Shown in pieces: positions 35,901 through 48,037 of a DNA stretch of 64,000 nucleotides. The DNA is from Phaeosaccion multiseriatum (taxonomy: Eukaryota; Protista; Ochrophyta, other classes): the NCBI GenBank assembly GCA_965112735.1, contig OZ218963.1, positions 2,356,001 to 2,420,000 of the forward strand, read 5' to 3'. A program made the position numbers and the translations under genes. Within the stretch, counting starts at the first letter, position 1. Each line of letters starts with the position of its first letter. The notes beneath the pieces were generated by a model. It had not been told where the DNA came from. It ran no database searches and worked only from the letters and a program-made list of their open reading frames with translations.

Positions 35901-36227
35901 TATCTCCTAAGACCGCGCTCCCAGCTTCACATCGGCTATTTGACTACATAATCCGTATTCAGCCCGAAGATTATCACCTCTTGTGTGAGCTACGCCTCTC
36001 TCTTTCTCCCTTGTTCAGGGGCGAAGATCTCGTCAACATAGCAGCACATTTCACCTCCTAAATCGCTCTATACAGACCCAACAATCAGACTTTAAGCTGC
36101 TCAACATCTAGAATACTTTCTGTACCTCAGATATCCCGAAGATTTTCGCCTGTGGTGCTCTGCAGCGTGTGTAATGCCTCTTTTCCTGAGCTACTGACAT
36201 CCAGGGCGGTTAATTGACATACAAGGG
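32993..36227. mobile_element. 3.2-kb TIR element without TSD, decayed coding content
   Basis: TIR CCCTTGTATG(C/T)CAATTAACCGCCCTGGATGTCAGTA; splits an A-type arm TGTTAGA|AGT. Confidence 0.7.
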
Positions 36228-36332
36228 AGTTGTATTTTTGCTAGACTGATACCTACCCTCTGAATTTCACGGCGGTAGCTGTCAGCCTAGCAAAAGGATG
36301 CCTTCTTACATTCCCAGACGGGGTTCGATTCT
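36228..36332. mobile_element. Chimeric A/B hairpin plus start of B spacer
   Basis: Left arm TTTGCTAGACTGATACCTACCCTCTGAA (A), right arm TTCACGGCGGTAGCTGTCAGCCTAGCAAAAGGATGCCTTCTTACA (B). Confidence 0.75.
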
Positions 36333-36670
36333 GGTGGGAGGGGCATCTCCCACGTGAATTTGCAGGAGAACAGAGTATACCATGGCTGCCGTCGCTGTTG
36401 CTACGGTTCCGGAAGCACCAGCAGCAGAGGGGGAAGAAGCACCGCTTACTGCAGAGCAGCAGCAGATTCAGAACCTCCGAAACACCATCGCCCCACGCTC
36501 GAGAAGTGGATATGCATGCACCTCCACCATGCTGATCCGATACCTCTTCCGCAAGCACCCGGAGCTTCTGGACCCTGACTTCAGGACAGCATTTGCTCCA
36601 CCGGAGGGGGAAGAGGAGGAAGACGTTCGGATAATACTGAAGGCATATTGGGATGCCTTATATCGTAACA

Positions 36671-36810
36671 GGGAGGGAGGGAGGGAGGGAGGGAGGGAGG
36701 GAGGGAGGGAGGGAGGGAGGGAGGGAGGGAGGGAGGGAGGGAGGGAGGGAGGGAGGGAGGAGGGAGGGAGGGAGGGAGGGAGGGAGGGAGGGAGGGAGGG
36801 AGGGAGGGAG
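36671..36810. repeat. (GGGA)n microsatellite, preceded by half a family-D hairpin (36624-36670)
   Basis: Direct reading. Confidence 0.95.
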
Positions 36811-37290
36811 TGTAAAACGACGTACGCACGACCGACATGCGCTGTCGCCTACAGATAGGATAGAACTAGACACACGGACAAGGTATCAGCAACCCCAAAG
36901 CCAGCCTAGCAGCCAGCCTTGCCTCTATTAACTTATTGCGTGCTAGTCCTAAACGACCACCTTCGCACATAGGATAGTGAGAGCCACGCCACTCGTTCTC
37001 ACTGTATCTGCCTGGGCCTGGGCCATTGACTTATGGCCCATCTCATCTGAGGCCTTCCAACATCCCCAATGCCTATCCCGGGGCCTTCCAACATCCCCAA
37101 TAGCTATCCGCCACTTCCAACATCCCCTTGACAAGACTGCTGCGTGTTCCCACGCAACACAAGCGGATTCGCCTACTGAAGCTCGACTGTCGCACAAGCC
37201 TCCATGCTGCTTCCAAAAAAAGAAAACGGATGAGCATTATGCAACACTCACCCAGATGTGTGCGACCGCTCCTCCCACACACACCCCCTG
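36811..37290 (-). mobile_element. TRIM family 2: 3' LTR (36811-37062), stacked PPT/LTR-start units and 3' internal region
   Basis: TGTAAAACG...CCTTCCAACA; TTCCAACATCCCC three times; internal region similar to 11880-12030 and 46480-46600. Confidence 0.8.
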
Positions 37291-38145
37291 TAAAAAAAAT
37301 AAAAAAAAACCTGCAACTACCCCACCACAGTGGTGACGGACCATCAGTCCTTGTTGTGGTTGGCTGGGCACGAGGATACCAATTCCAAGCTGTTCAGATG
37401 GTACGAGCGGCTCTCTACGCACCACTTGCAGTTTGTGCATCGTCCCGGGAAGCAAATGGTGGTGCCTGACTGCCTCTCTCGCAACGCACTTCCGGTGCAG
37501 GAGTGGGCGACGCATGCGGGGGTAGACTTGGCCATGGTTGCGTGCGAGCGGCCGTCGCCCTTGCACACCTGGTGTGCTTGGATGGGGGTGCAGTTGAACC
37601 TGGTGGAAGGAAGGGGAGAAGGGAGCTTTCATTGGGAGGAGCCAACGGAGGGAGCACTGCTTCGCTTTCTCGCAGTGGCGCAACAGCTGCAGGGCGAAGC
37701 CGACACACGCCTGCCTATTCCTGTGCCTGCTGTGACGGCCCAGCAACAGCAGCAACGGTGCCACCACCAGCAGCAGAGCGGAGTGGAGGCCCTACAAGCC
37801 TGGCAGACTGCAGAGGTGGACTTGTCTGCGACGCAGTCTGTGGAAAGTCGTGCTTAGACCTCCACGAAACGGACTAGACACACAGATAAGGTAGCAGCAC
37901 CCCAAAGCTAGCCTGACAGCCGGCCTTGTATCTATTAGCTTATCTATGCACTGTCCTAAACGACCACCTACAGGAGGATAGTGAGAAACGGGCACCGTTT
38001 CTCACTGCGTTGCCTAGGCCTGGGCCACTGACATACGACTGACTTTCCACATCCCCGTCAGCCATCCCTGCACTTCTAACACTCCCCTGACAAGACTCCG
38101 GCACACTTCATCGCGTCAATCTCCTGCTGCCACTGGCGCTCCTCC

Positions 38146-39153
38146 TCAAGCTGCCGCTCTGCCGGATCCCTGACCCCGTCGGGCCTTACCTTGCGCTTCT
38201 TCGACCGCCGCCCCCTCCTCTTTGGCCGCGCACCAACTTCGGTAGTGGAACCAAGACCACTGAGAACACCATGCCACAGGCTCTTGCCAGTCCCGCACTT
38301 GCTGTGCCCGCGTGCTCTCCGCTTGAGCCTGCGTGTGTACCTCTTGCAGCTTGCGCTGAGCTTCCTCAGCCAAGGCAGCTTGTTGCGCCTGCTGCCGTCT
38401 CTCTTTCTCCCCGACGCGGCGCCTCTCCACCCGCTCCTGAGCCGCACACACACGCGCCCGCTCCAACTGTTCCTCCTCCAGCCAAACAGACTCGCGCTCC
38501 TGCCGCTCCCGCTCGAGGACCGCAGCAGACACTGACCCCTCTGCAAGCGTGACGCCAGCCTGCTCTACCTGCTCCTCCTGAGCCTGCGCTTGCGCCACCC
38601 GAAGCCGAGACTGCGCCGCGGCCGCCACCGTCAGCTCTAGCGTCTGCAACTCCTTCGAGGCTCTGCGCTGTGCTGCCTGCCCTGTCGTCGTCACGGCCTT
38701 CAACAGCTGAGCAAGGACGCGCTTGTATTGCTCAGTGCGCTGCACAAGCGTCACCACCACCTGGGAAGCTGTACCCAAGCCGTACCGCTTCCCTGCATCC
38801 ACCATCTTCCTCACCATGGCTCCGGTGGTCGGTTCGGTAGGGCAGCGAGAGAGACAGTGCTCCTTCTTGCAGTGAAAGCACGAAAAGACTTGCCCTGCCC
38901 CACAGTCGACCTTAGATCGTTTCTGCTTGCTGCCCGACCCCACCTGTGCAGCAGCTACCTGCACCTCCGACTGCTGCCTTGGATCCCGACCCAATAGCTG
39001 GCCCAGTAGCACCGGAAGTGCTGCAAGGTCCATCCTGATTCCATGCAGCTCCTCCATCAACCGATTGACCATGTCGTGATCCCCCATCGGTTCCTCCTGG
39101 GACCAGCCAGTACGCTTACTCTGTGCCAGCCGATCGCCGCGCCATACCGGCAT
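38146..39153 (-). pseudogene. Gag-like ORF, deleted copy
   Basis: Near-identical to 46706-48037 up to an internal deletion/frameshift. Confidence 0.7.
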
Positions 39154-39876
39154 CTTCCCTCTTGCTGCGCCCCTGCAGCTGCTCCCTCCGAGCGTGCCTA
39201 ATTATGCCTGATATCCGTGCCTGCTGCTGCTGCTGCTGCCTCTGCAGCTGCTGCGGTATCCAACACCTGCTGCTGCGCCCCCTGCCTCTCCAGCCAAGCC
39301 TGCTGTATCTCCTGCCGCTAACCTCTAAATCAGCGGTCCCCTCTGATTAAGTATAGCGGATACCCGTGCCTCCTGCTGCTGCCCCTGCAGCTGCTGTATC
39401 CAATCCCTTGCTGCTGCCCCTGCAGCTGCGCGCCAATCCTTCCGTGCCTCCTGCTGCTGCCCCTGCAGCTGCTCCTTGCAATATCCCTAGCTACCTCTTG
39501 CTGCCGATCCACGGTAGCGCTGCTGTGCCACTCTTTCAAAGCCAAGCAATAAATTCTCCCCTGTGGTAGATTGTCCTGCCTGAGGGTTTCCGGTCACACA
39601 TTCTGGGGTATAATAAGAATGTCGGTTTCCTAGGCACGCCCCGAGGGGGTTCAACGGCTCTAGCGTTTCACCCTCCTCTTTGTGGGCACAAGCTTTGCAT
39701 CAGCAAGTAGTAGAGATATATTATCAATACGGACACTGACGCCCCACCATAGGCGCAGCATATACTTAGTCCAAACCCCTTAACGTTTCTACTATCTTAG
39801 CTTAGCACAGAACTAGTTCTCGCTTTAGAAAAGCTTTGGAGAAGGATTTTCTCGGACCGATTGGAGGAGCGGCATC

Positions 39877-42800
39877 ATGGCGGTTCAAGGCATCATCATG
39901 AGGGACCCAACCCATTATCCGGAGATACGGACGCCTCTATCTGCGGAAGTCGTCAGCGAGTTCTTACTGCAGTACGATCAGTCCGCGCTCAGGGATAGGG
40001 ACAAGCCGCTGGATATCCCCAGCATGGTGCAGCTCATCGACCCAGCCCATCGTTTTGGAATAGCCATCGCCAATCAAGTGTCGGAGGCTCAGCTCACGTC
40101 CAAGATGGTACGGGATTACTTGGAGAGGTGGTTGAAGAAGAATCGCAGGGAGGACGTCAACGGAAATGCCACTCTCAACGAGATAATCAGGAAGACGGTA
40201 CTCGTGTAGTCACTATGATCCGGACCCTCTCCAATTCAAGCACAATCTTCAGTACATGTGCCAGCAATACCTTCGCATGATCCACGAGTCAGCAGCAAGG
40301 AAGGAGTACCTGAACTTGAACCCCACCGATACGAATTTCCTTGGTCCGAACGGAAAGCACGCTGCCAAAGGGATGCAGCGAGGCTTACTCACCATCATCA
40401 AGAATTATGACCCATGCATGGAGAAGATGCTGGTGGACGCGTTCAAAGATGGACAGAAGGACTGGGGAGAGCATCACGGGGAGTGGATGGAGAAATTCGT
40501 CAGACACTTGTGCCAGTGGGCCACCATGAGAGCGGCAGCACGGCGTATCGGCGGTAAGGCCGAACATTTCCTTCCCGGACTCAAGGGTGACCAAGGGGCA
40601 TCTGGAGGCGGCGGGGGAGGCGGTGGTGGGCAAGGCAAAGGTGCAGGCGGCAAGCGCAAGTGGCAGCAGGAGCAGCAGCCAAAGCGTACGGGTGCAGAGA
40701 CCTCCTCGAAGGAGACAGCAGCGGGCAAAGAGACAGCCAGCAACCCATTGAAGAAGGCCCGTACTCCGAAGTGCTGGGCCTGCGACAAGCCGCATCGGAT
40801 TGACGACTGCCCTACAACCACTGCCGAAGACAAGAAACGCATCAAGGCAGAGAAACAGAAGGCGTGGGAGCAGAGGAAGGCTGAGGCGAAGAAACCGGGG
40901 GTGACGTCCGTCTCATCTTCTTCGGCTGCGGCAGGTGTTTCTTTGCCAGGGCCAGTTGCTATGGACCTCACGGGAGACCGCATGAGCGTGGTTCTCGTGA
41001 ATGACACGACTCCGGAGGTGCGGATGTCGGCGCAAGCCCTGTTTGACAGCGGATGCGATGTGGGTATGGTCATGGGTGGTGACCTGGCTCGCACGTGGGT
41101 CGGAAAGGGTGGTGGCGTACTAGAGGCCTGTGAGCCTTCGGAGTGCGTCACTGCTGCTGGACCTGTGACTGCCAACGAAGTGTTGTGCGGCAGTCACCTT
41201 GAGATAGAGCTGAGTCATGGAAGCGTGAGTACAGCGCAGCTGGACAAGGAGTTCAGATCCATGTTGGTTCTTGAGAGCTTGGGCAGCAGACTGATTCTGG
41301 GCCGGCCTTTGCATAAGGCACTGGGCTTGGAGTCTTTGACTGAGCAGTTGCACAGAGTGCACGAGAAACGGTCGGAGGAGACCCTGCAGAGGGAGCGTGA
41401 CGACGCTTCCCCTGCGACAGGGGCTGCCCCGACTAAGCAGCAGAGTGTTGAGAAGAGCGTGTGTTCTATGGGCGTTGAGACCATCCAAGACTATGCTGAT
41501 TTTGAGGCAAGCAACTTCCCCGTGCAAGTATTGGGGGTAGGAGCGCAGGAGGTTGCGGCCGAGAGCCCCCCTCCTGTCGCCAGTGCAGAGGCACCAGAGG
41601 TTAGCGCCATTGGCGGCCAACCGCTTAATAGTAAAGACCGTGAAGAGTGTGAAGGTGTACCGGATACTATTCAAGGGCCATCAGAGGGAGTTCCCCCTTC
41701 TGAGGCACGCCGTAGAGAGGTGCTAGGTCCCATTGTGGACAAAGCAATCACTGATCATGATTTCCCTGCGGAGCTGAGAGAGCCAATGATGGAAGCTCTC
41801 TTAGAGTTCGACGTGTGGCGGGAAGAGTTGCTCTTTAGCGACGGCCCCGCTAACGTAGAGCCAATGGAGGTGACGTTTACCAATAAGGTACCGAGCTCCC
41901 GTCTCCCCATAAGGCAACAAGGCGCAAAGGGTGCTTTTGTAAATGACTTTTGCAACAAGTTGATAGACAAAGGCCTGGGTTATAGCAACCCGCAGAGCGC
42001 TCATGGCAGCCCGGCGTTTGCAGTGGGCAAACCCGGCAAGCCAGGCAAGTACCGTATCGTCTGCGACTTTCGCGAAGTCAATGAAAAGGTACAGAAGGTC
42101 GATTTTGGGATGATGAACATTGAAGACGCCGTAGCCTCCATGTTGGGTTGCCTATGGTTCATCGAGATAGATGGGGTTGACATGTATTGGCAATTCCCAC
42201 TAGGCAAGTTGAGCCAAGTTGCTCACACCTATATATTCCCAAATGGCAAAGTGACGCCAACTCGAGTACCCCAGGGGGCTAAGAACTCGGGCGCTTACGT
42301 CCAAGGCCAGATGACCCACCTCTTTCGCAAAGAGTTGTGCAAGACCCACGCCGTCTACATTGACAACGTAGCGTACTGGGCAAAGGTGGGAGAGGAGATG
42401 GTGAGTCTCACTCGATTGACGATGAAGCGCCTCCACAGTGCCAACATCAAGATAGGATTGAACTCGTTCCGTTTCGGTAGCGAGCTCAAGTTCCTTGGCC
42501 GCGTGCACGACCGACGCGGCACACGACATGACCCCGCCAGAGTGCAGGGCCTGACCAGTCTCGCGGCCCCAGAGACGGCTGGAGATTTGATGACTTTCTT
42601 CTGCAGCCTGCAGTGGTTTCATCGATACATCAAGGACTTCGCTAAGCTAGTGGGTCCTTTGAACGCGCTGTTGAACAAAGCCCTCGGGCAGGCTAACGCT
42701 AAGCCTCATCAGCACAAGCGCTCCAAGGCAGTGGCCAAGACGATTCCATTGGCTTCTGTGGGGTGGGACACAGAGCACGACGACGCTTTCTTCCAGATCA

Positions 42801-45721
42801 AGCGCGTTCTTGCACAGAACACGGTGCTGTCGCACCCAGACCCAACCAAACTGGCACTGGTATTCCCAGATGCTAGTGACCTCTACTGGGGATGTATGAT
42901 TACATACATAGACCCCAAAGAGCTGTGCCTTCCGGTACATGAGATGAACCACATCCCGGTGGCCTTCGGCTCAGGCGCCTTTGAAGGCGCAGAGCTGAGG
43001 CGTGCCACCATCGACAAGGAAGGAGACGCGACACTCCGAGGCTTGATCCAGAACGAGTACGCTTTGGTCGGTGCACAGAAAGTGCACATCTTTTGCGACC
43101 ATCGCAACTTGGCGTTCATGATGAGCAACGACAGCAAGTACCCTGGCATGACTAAGCCTATGAGGGACAGGCTGCAGCGTCAGGCCGTGCGCCTTCAGAG
43201 CTTTGACTATGTCATTGTCCACTTCCCTGGTTATCTCCATGATTGGGCCGACCCCATTAGCAGGCGGTACACGCACCCGGTGAGCCTCACCCCTAGTGTG
43301 CTCGCCTTGGGCAAGTTTGGGCCCATGCAAGTGTTTGACACTATGTGTGACGACTTCACTTGGCCCTCCACAACTGAGATTGCCAGTCTGCAGGCCGACG
43401 CTCTTCAGGAGCTCCAGCAGGCTAGCAAGGAGGTGGGAGAGAACGGGCGCCGCCTGCTCCTCTCATCAGTTGGCGACGACGGGTTGATTCGAGCGTGCCA
43501 TCCGACGAGCAACCCCGCTGACAGCACCCGCATTTGGATTCCCTCGGTGGGAGCCAAGGCGGAAGACATGCACCTGAGGCTGTGTGTGACTGGCCATCAG
43601 GGTATGATGGGCCATCAGGGAGAGACAAACACCCTGAGTGCTATTAAGGAGAAGTTCATCTGGCAGTCGCTAGACAAGGACGTGCGCAGCCTCGTTCAGA
43701 ACTGTCTCCACTGCCTCACCAACGGCAAGGGCGAGAGAGTGCCTCGCCCCCTGCTAGCTCAATGGCACGCCACTGGACCCCAGCAACTCATCTGGTTTGA
43801 CTTCGTCAAGATTGGCGATGGAGTCATATGGGCAGAGTCCCCAGAAGGGTTCATGAAGCTTCAGGTCAAGCAAGTGCTGTGCATCTTTGATGATTTTTCA
43901 TCATTGTCAATGTATGAGCCATGTTTGGAAGCTACTGCACGAGTGTGTGCACGCGGTCTGTTGCGCTGGTTCGCACAGCATGGCGTAGTGCCCAGGTGGC
44001 AGAGTGACCGAGGCAGTCATTTCCTAAATGAGGTGATACGTGAGTTAAGTCAGCTCTTGCGGTGCAACCACCACTTTGTGGTGGCACACAACCCATACAG
44101 TCGAGGATTGGGCGAGCGTGGTGTACAGACACTGCAGAAGATCATGAGATCAATGATGTCTGAACTACGGCAGCCGCCCGAGACATGGCCGCAGCTACTG
44201 CCAGTGATGGAGGCTGTTGAGAACAGCTCCAACAAGAGCAGTCGGTCTAACTTGTCTCCCATCCAGCTGCACAGTGGTCACGTACCACAGCGGCCTCTCG
44301 ACACGATTTTGATCCACGACGCGGATCGAATGCAAAAGGTTCGGCTACTGCAGCTGACCCCGGCGCAGAGAGACACCCTTGCGACACAACTCCATCAGAG
44401 GAAGGAGGGGCAGCGTGCCGAGGCGGCGCGCCAACTGACTACCCTCCGCGATCACAAGCGCGATGGCATCAACCAGAGGTTGATGAGTGGCAGACGTGGT
44501 GCAGAGCATCGTCAGGACTTGGCCAGAGCTAAGCAGCTCAACAGCGAGACGCTGTTTCAGGTCGGAGTCTACGTACTCGTTGCAACAGTAGGGCCTACAA
44601 GCAAGATACTAGGCAAGTGGCATGGGCCCTGCCGAGTGCTTGAAGCCCTTGAGCAACACGTGTACAAGGTGGAGGAGTGTTAGAAGTCGTGCTTTTGCTA
44701 GACTGGTACCTACCCTCTGAATTCAGACCGGGAGGTACCAGTCTAGCAAAAGCACGACTTCTAACAAGCCCTAATGCTAGAAGTCGAACCCCCCCCCCCC
44801 CACCGCACATAGTGGAGAGAAGTAGCTCGCAGTCTGGGAATCAGACTAATGGGTGCCAGCCGGTACCAGTTTTCGCCGAAAAACACACTTTTTTCACAAG
44901 CTACAGCCAGGATTCGAACTCGCAATGGCCTTGTTAGAAGTCGTGCTTTTGCTAGACTGGTACCTACCCTCTGAATTCAGACCGGGAGGTACCAGTCTAG
45001 CAAAAGCACGACTTCTAACACAAGTTCAGAGGGTAGGTACCAGTCTAGCAAAAGCACGACTTCTAACACAAGGCCATTGCGAGTTCGAACCCTGGCTGTA
45101 GCTTGTGAAAAAAGTGTGTTTTTCGGCGAAAACTGGTACCGGCTGGCACCCATTAGTCTGATTCCCAGACTGCGAGTTACTTCTCTCCACTATGTGCGGT
45201 GGGGGGGGGGGGGTTCGACTTCTAGCATTAGGGCTTGTTAGAAGTCGTGCTTTTGCTAGACTGGTACCTCCCGGTCTGAATTCAGAGGGTAGGTACCAGT
45301 CTAGCAAAAGCACGACTTCTAACAGGAGCTTGTGGGCAAGAAGCGTACCTATGAGGTACACATCAGCCGGCTCCGCTACTACTGCGGTGCTCACGTTAAC
45401 GTCACTACCGACGTACTTCAACAGATTTCGTATAACACCCAAGACTTTGTGGTGGAGGCCTTTGAAGGCCTCGTTAAGCACGCAGATGCTTCATGGCACG
45501 TCATTGTTAAGTGGCGTGGCTTTGACGCCCTCGAGAATAGCGAGGAGCCCATCGAGGCGCTGCACGAAGATACTCCACGTTTACTGGAGACCTACCTGCA
45601 GCACCATCAGGACAAGCAGTTGATCAGCGCAGTCCGAGCCTATCTGCGCAAGACTACGACGCGATCGGCTACTAAGCCGCCGCGCTCCGCGCGCACACGA
45701 AAGTGGACACAAACTAGATAG
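39877..45721 (+). pseudogene. gag-pol (Zn knuckle, protease, RT, RNase H, integrase, chromodomain); frameshift near 40200 and family-A insertion at 44678
   Basis: CWACDKPHRIDDC; LFDSGCD; YRIVCDFREVN, YIDN; FPDASD, CDHRNL; SDRGSHF; VKWRGFDALENSEEP. Confidence 0.93.
44678..45324. mobile_element. Family-A inverted dimer
   Basis: H-S-H-half H-S'-H; TSD GGAG; empty site in the sister copy at ~63405. Confidence 0.95.
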
Positions 45722-46705
45722 ACACACTTACTTCCCAGTCGGCTCGAACTGTCGCTTGGGGGTAGTGTGGTAGATTGTCCTGCCTGAGGGTTTCCGGTCA
45801 CACATTCTGGGGTATAATAAGAATGTCGGTTTCCTAGGCACGCCCCGAGGGGGATCAACGGCTCTGGCGTTTCACCCTCCTCTTTGTGGGCACAAGCTTT
45901 GCATCAGCAAGTAGTAGAGATATATTATCAATACGGACACTGACGCCCCACCATAGGCGCAGCATATACTTAGTCCAAACCCCTTAACGTTTCTACTATC
46001 TTAGCTTAGCACATCCCACAAATAAATTCTCCCACCGGTTCCCAAGCAAAGCCAAGCCAAGCAAAGCTAATTAAGCTAAACGCCCCTGACGGAGCAAGCT
46101 GTGGCGTGTCCGTGCCTTGGACACTAACCAAAAACGTCCACGTGCTAGTCTAGCGCACGATGAACTCAAAGTCTCCCTCTGCTGAGCCTATTGGTCAAGT
46201 GCCAAACTGTCTTCGAGCTTTGGGGTTGTGGAAAGTCGTGCTTAGACCTCCACGAAACGGACTAGACACACAGATAAGGTAGCAGCACCCCAAAGCTAGC
46301 CTGACAGCCGGCCTTGTATCTATTAGCTTATCTATGCACTGTCCTAAACGACCACCTACAGGAGGATAGTGAGAAACGGGCACCGTTTCTCACTGCGTTG
46401 CCTAGGCCTGGGCCACTGACATACGACTGACTTTCCACATCCCCGTCAGCCATCCCTGCACTTCTAACACTCCCCTGACAAGACTGTTGCGTGTCCCCAC
46501 GCAACTCAAGCGTTTTCACCTACTGAAGCTACACTGTAGCAAACCCCTTTATGCTGCTTCCAAAAAAACCGGATGAGAAATATGCAAAACTCACCCACCA
46601 GTGTGTGACGTGGCACTCCACAGGTCACCCTGCCACACACCTGCCACGGCAGGGTGAGAAAGCCCAAGGCCTCAAACTAACCCTCCGTGGCTGCGCACGG
46701 CTGCG

Positions 46706-48037
46706 CTAGCGCTGGCTCGTCCCCACCGTCACCTGCTGTCCCAGCGTTGCAACCGTACGAGGCACTCCATGCGCGGCCTGCTCCGTCGCCAGCAGCTGGG
46801 CCGCCTTCTCGTCCATCAGCTTCTGCAGCCGCGCCTGCGCCGCTTCCACTTGCTGCATCCGATCCTTCAGAGAGAGAGGAGGCCGGTCCAACCAGGCCGG
46901 ACGATCCGCTGCAATCTCCTGCTGCCACCGGCGCTGCCTTGCCGGATCACACTTCATCGCGTCCATCTCCTGCTGCCACTGGCGCTCCTCCTCAAGCTGC
47001 CGCTCTGCCGGATCCCTGACCCCGTCGGGCCTTACCTTGCGCTTCTTCGACCGCCGCCCCCTCCTCTTTGGCCGCGCACCAACTTCGGTAGTGGAACCAA
47101 GACCACTGAGAACGCCATTCACCCGCACTACAGGCTGAGCCACAGCCCGCAGTGCGTCCTCCCGCTCTTGCCAGTCCCGCACTTGCTGTACCCGCGTGCT
47201 CTCCGCTTGAGCCTGCGTGTGTACCTCTTGCAGCTTGCGCTGAGCTTCCTCAGCCAAGGCAGCTTGTTGCGCCTGCTGCCGTCTCTCTTTCTCCCCGACG
47301 CGGCGCCTCTCCACCCGCTCCTGAGCCGCACACACACGCGCCCGCTCCAACTGTTCCTCCTCCAGCCAAACAGACTCGCGCTCCTGCCGCTCCCGCTCGA
47401 GGACCGCAGCAGACACTGACCCCTCTGCAAGCGTGACGCCAGCCTGCTCTACCTGCTCCTCCTGAGCCTGCGCTTGCGCCACCCGAAGCCGAGACTGCGC
47501 CGCGGCCGCCACCGTCAGCTCTAGCGTCTGCAACTCCTTCGAGGCTCTGCGCTGTGCTGCCTGCCCTGTCGTCGTCACGGCCTTCACCAGCTGAGCAAGG
47601 ACGCGCTTGTATTGCTCAGTGCGCTGCACAAGCGTCACCACCACCTGGGAAGCTGTACCCAAGCCGTACCGCTTCCCTGCATCCACCATCTTCCTCACCA
47701 TGGCTCCGGTGGTCGGTTCGGTAGGGCAGCGAGAGAGGCAGTGCTCCTTCTTGCAGTGAAAGCACGAAAAGACTTGCCCTGCCCCACAGTCGACCTTAGA
47801 TCGTTTCTGCTTGCTGCCCGACCCCACCTGTGCAGCAGCTACCTGCACCTCCGACTGCTGCCTTGGATCCCGACCCAATAGCTGGCCCAGTAGCACCGGA
47901 AGTGCGGCAAGGTCCATCCTGATTCCATGCAGCTCCTCCATCAACCGATTGACCATGTCGTGATCCCCCATCGGTTCCTCCTGGGACCAGCCAGTACGCT
48001 TACTCTGTGCCAGCCGATCGCCGCGCCATGCCGGCAT
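46706..48037 (-). CDS. Gag-like protein with CCHC knuckle and coiled coil
   Basis: CFHCKKEHCLSRC; lies between LTRs; likely start MGDHDM at ~47971. Confidence 0.7.
   Translation of the reverse strand: MPAWRGDRLAQSKRTGWSQEEPMGDHDMVNRLMEELHGIRMDLAALPVLLGQLLGRDPRQQSEVQVAAAQVGSGSKQKRSKVDCGAGQVFSCFHCKKEHCLSRCPTEPTTGAMVRKMVDAGKRYGLGTASQVVVTLVQRTEQYKRVLAQLVKAVTTTGQAAQRRASKELQTLELTVAAAAQSRLRVAQAQAQEEQVEQAGVTLAEGSVSAAVLERERQERESVWLEEEQLERARVCAAQERVERRRVGEKERRQQAQQAALAEEAQRKLQEVHTQAQAESTRVQQVRDWQEREDALRAVAQPVVRVNGVLSGLGSTTEVGARPKRRGRRSKKRKVRPDGVRDPAERQLEEERQWQQEMDAMKCDPARQRRWQQEIAADRPAWLDRPPLSLKDRMQQVEAAQARLQKLMDEKAAQLLATEQAAHGVPRTVATLGQQVTVGTSQR

Larger units (their letters stand above)
39562..46013 (+). 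mobile_element. Full-length Ty3/gypsy chromovirus-type element (LTRs 39562-39809 and 45766-46013)
   Basis: 248-bp near-identical LTRs; PPT GGGGGTAG; TSD TCCC (left flank has one extra C); empty site at ~48437. Confidence 0.95.

Noticed and set aside
36382-36625. Crypton-like recombinase N-terminus (NTIAPRSRSGY...IRYLFRKHPELL)
   Set aside because: Short truncated fragment; resemblance is only impressionistic.
44678-45324. CRISPR-like repeat-spacer array
   Set aside because: Repeats are ~90 bp, spacers are constant rather than unique, units have TSDs, there are no cas genes, and the context is eukaryotic.
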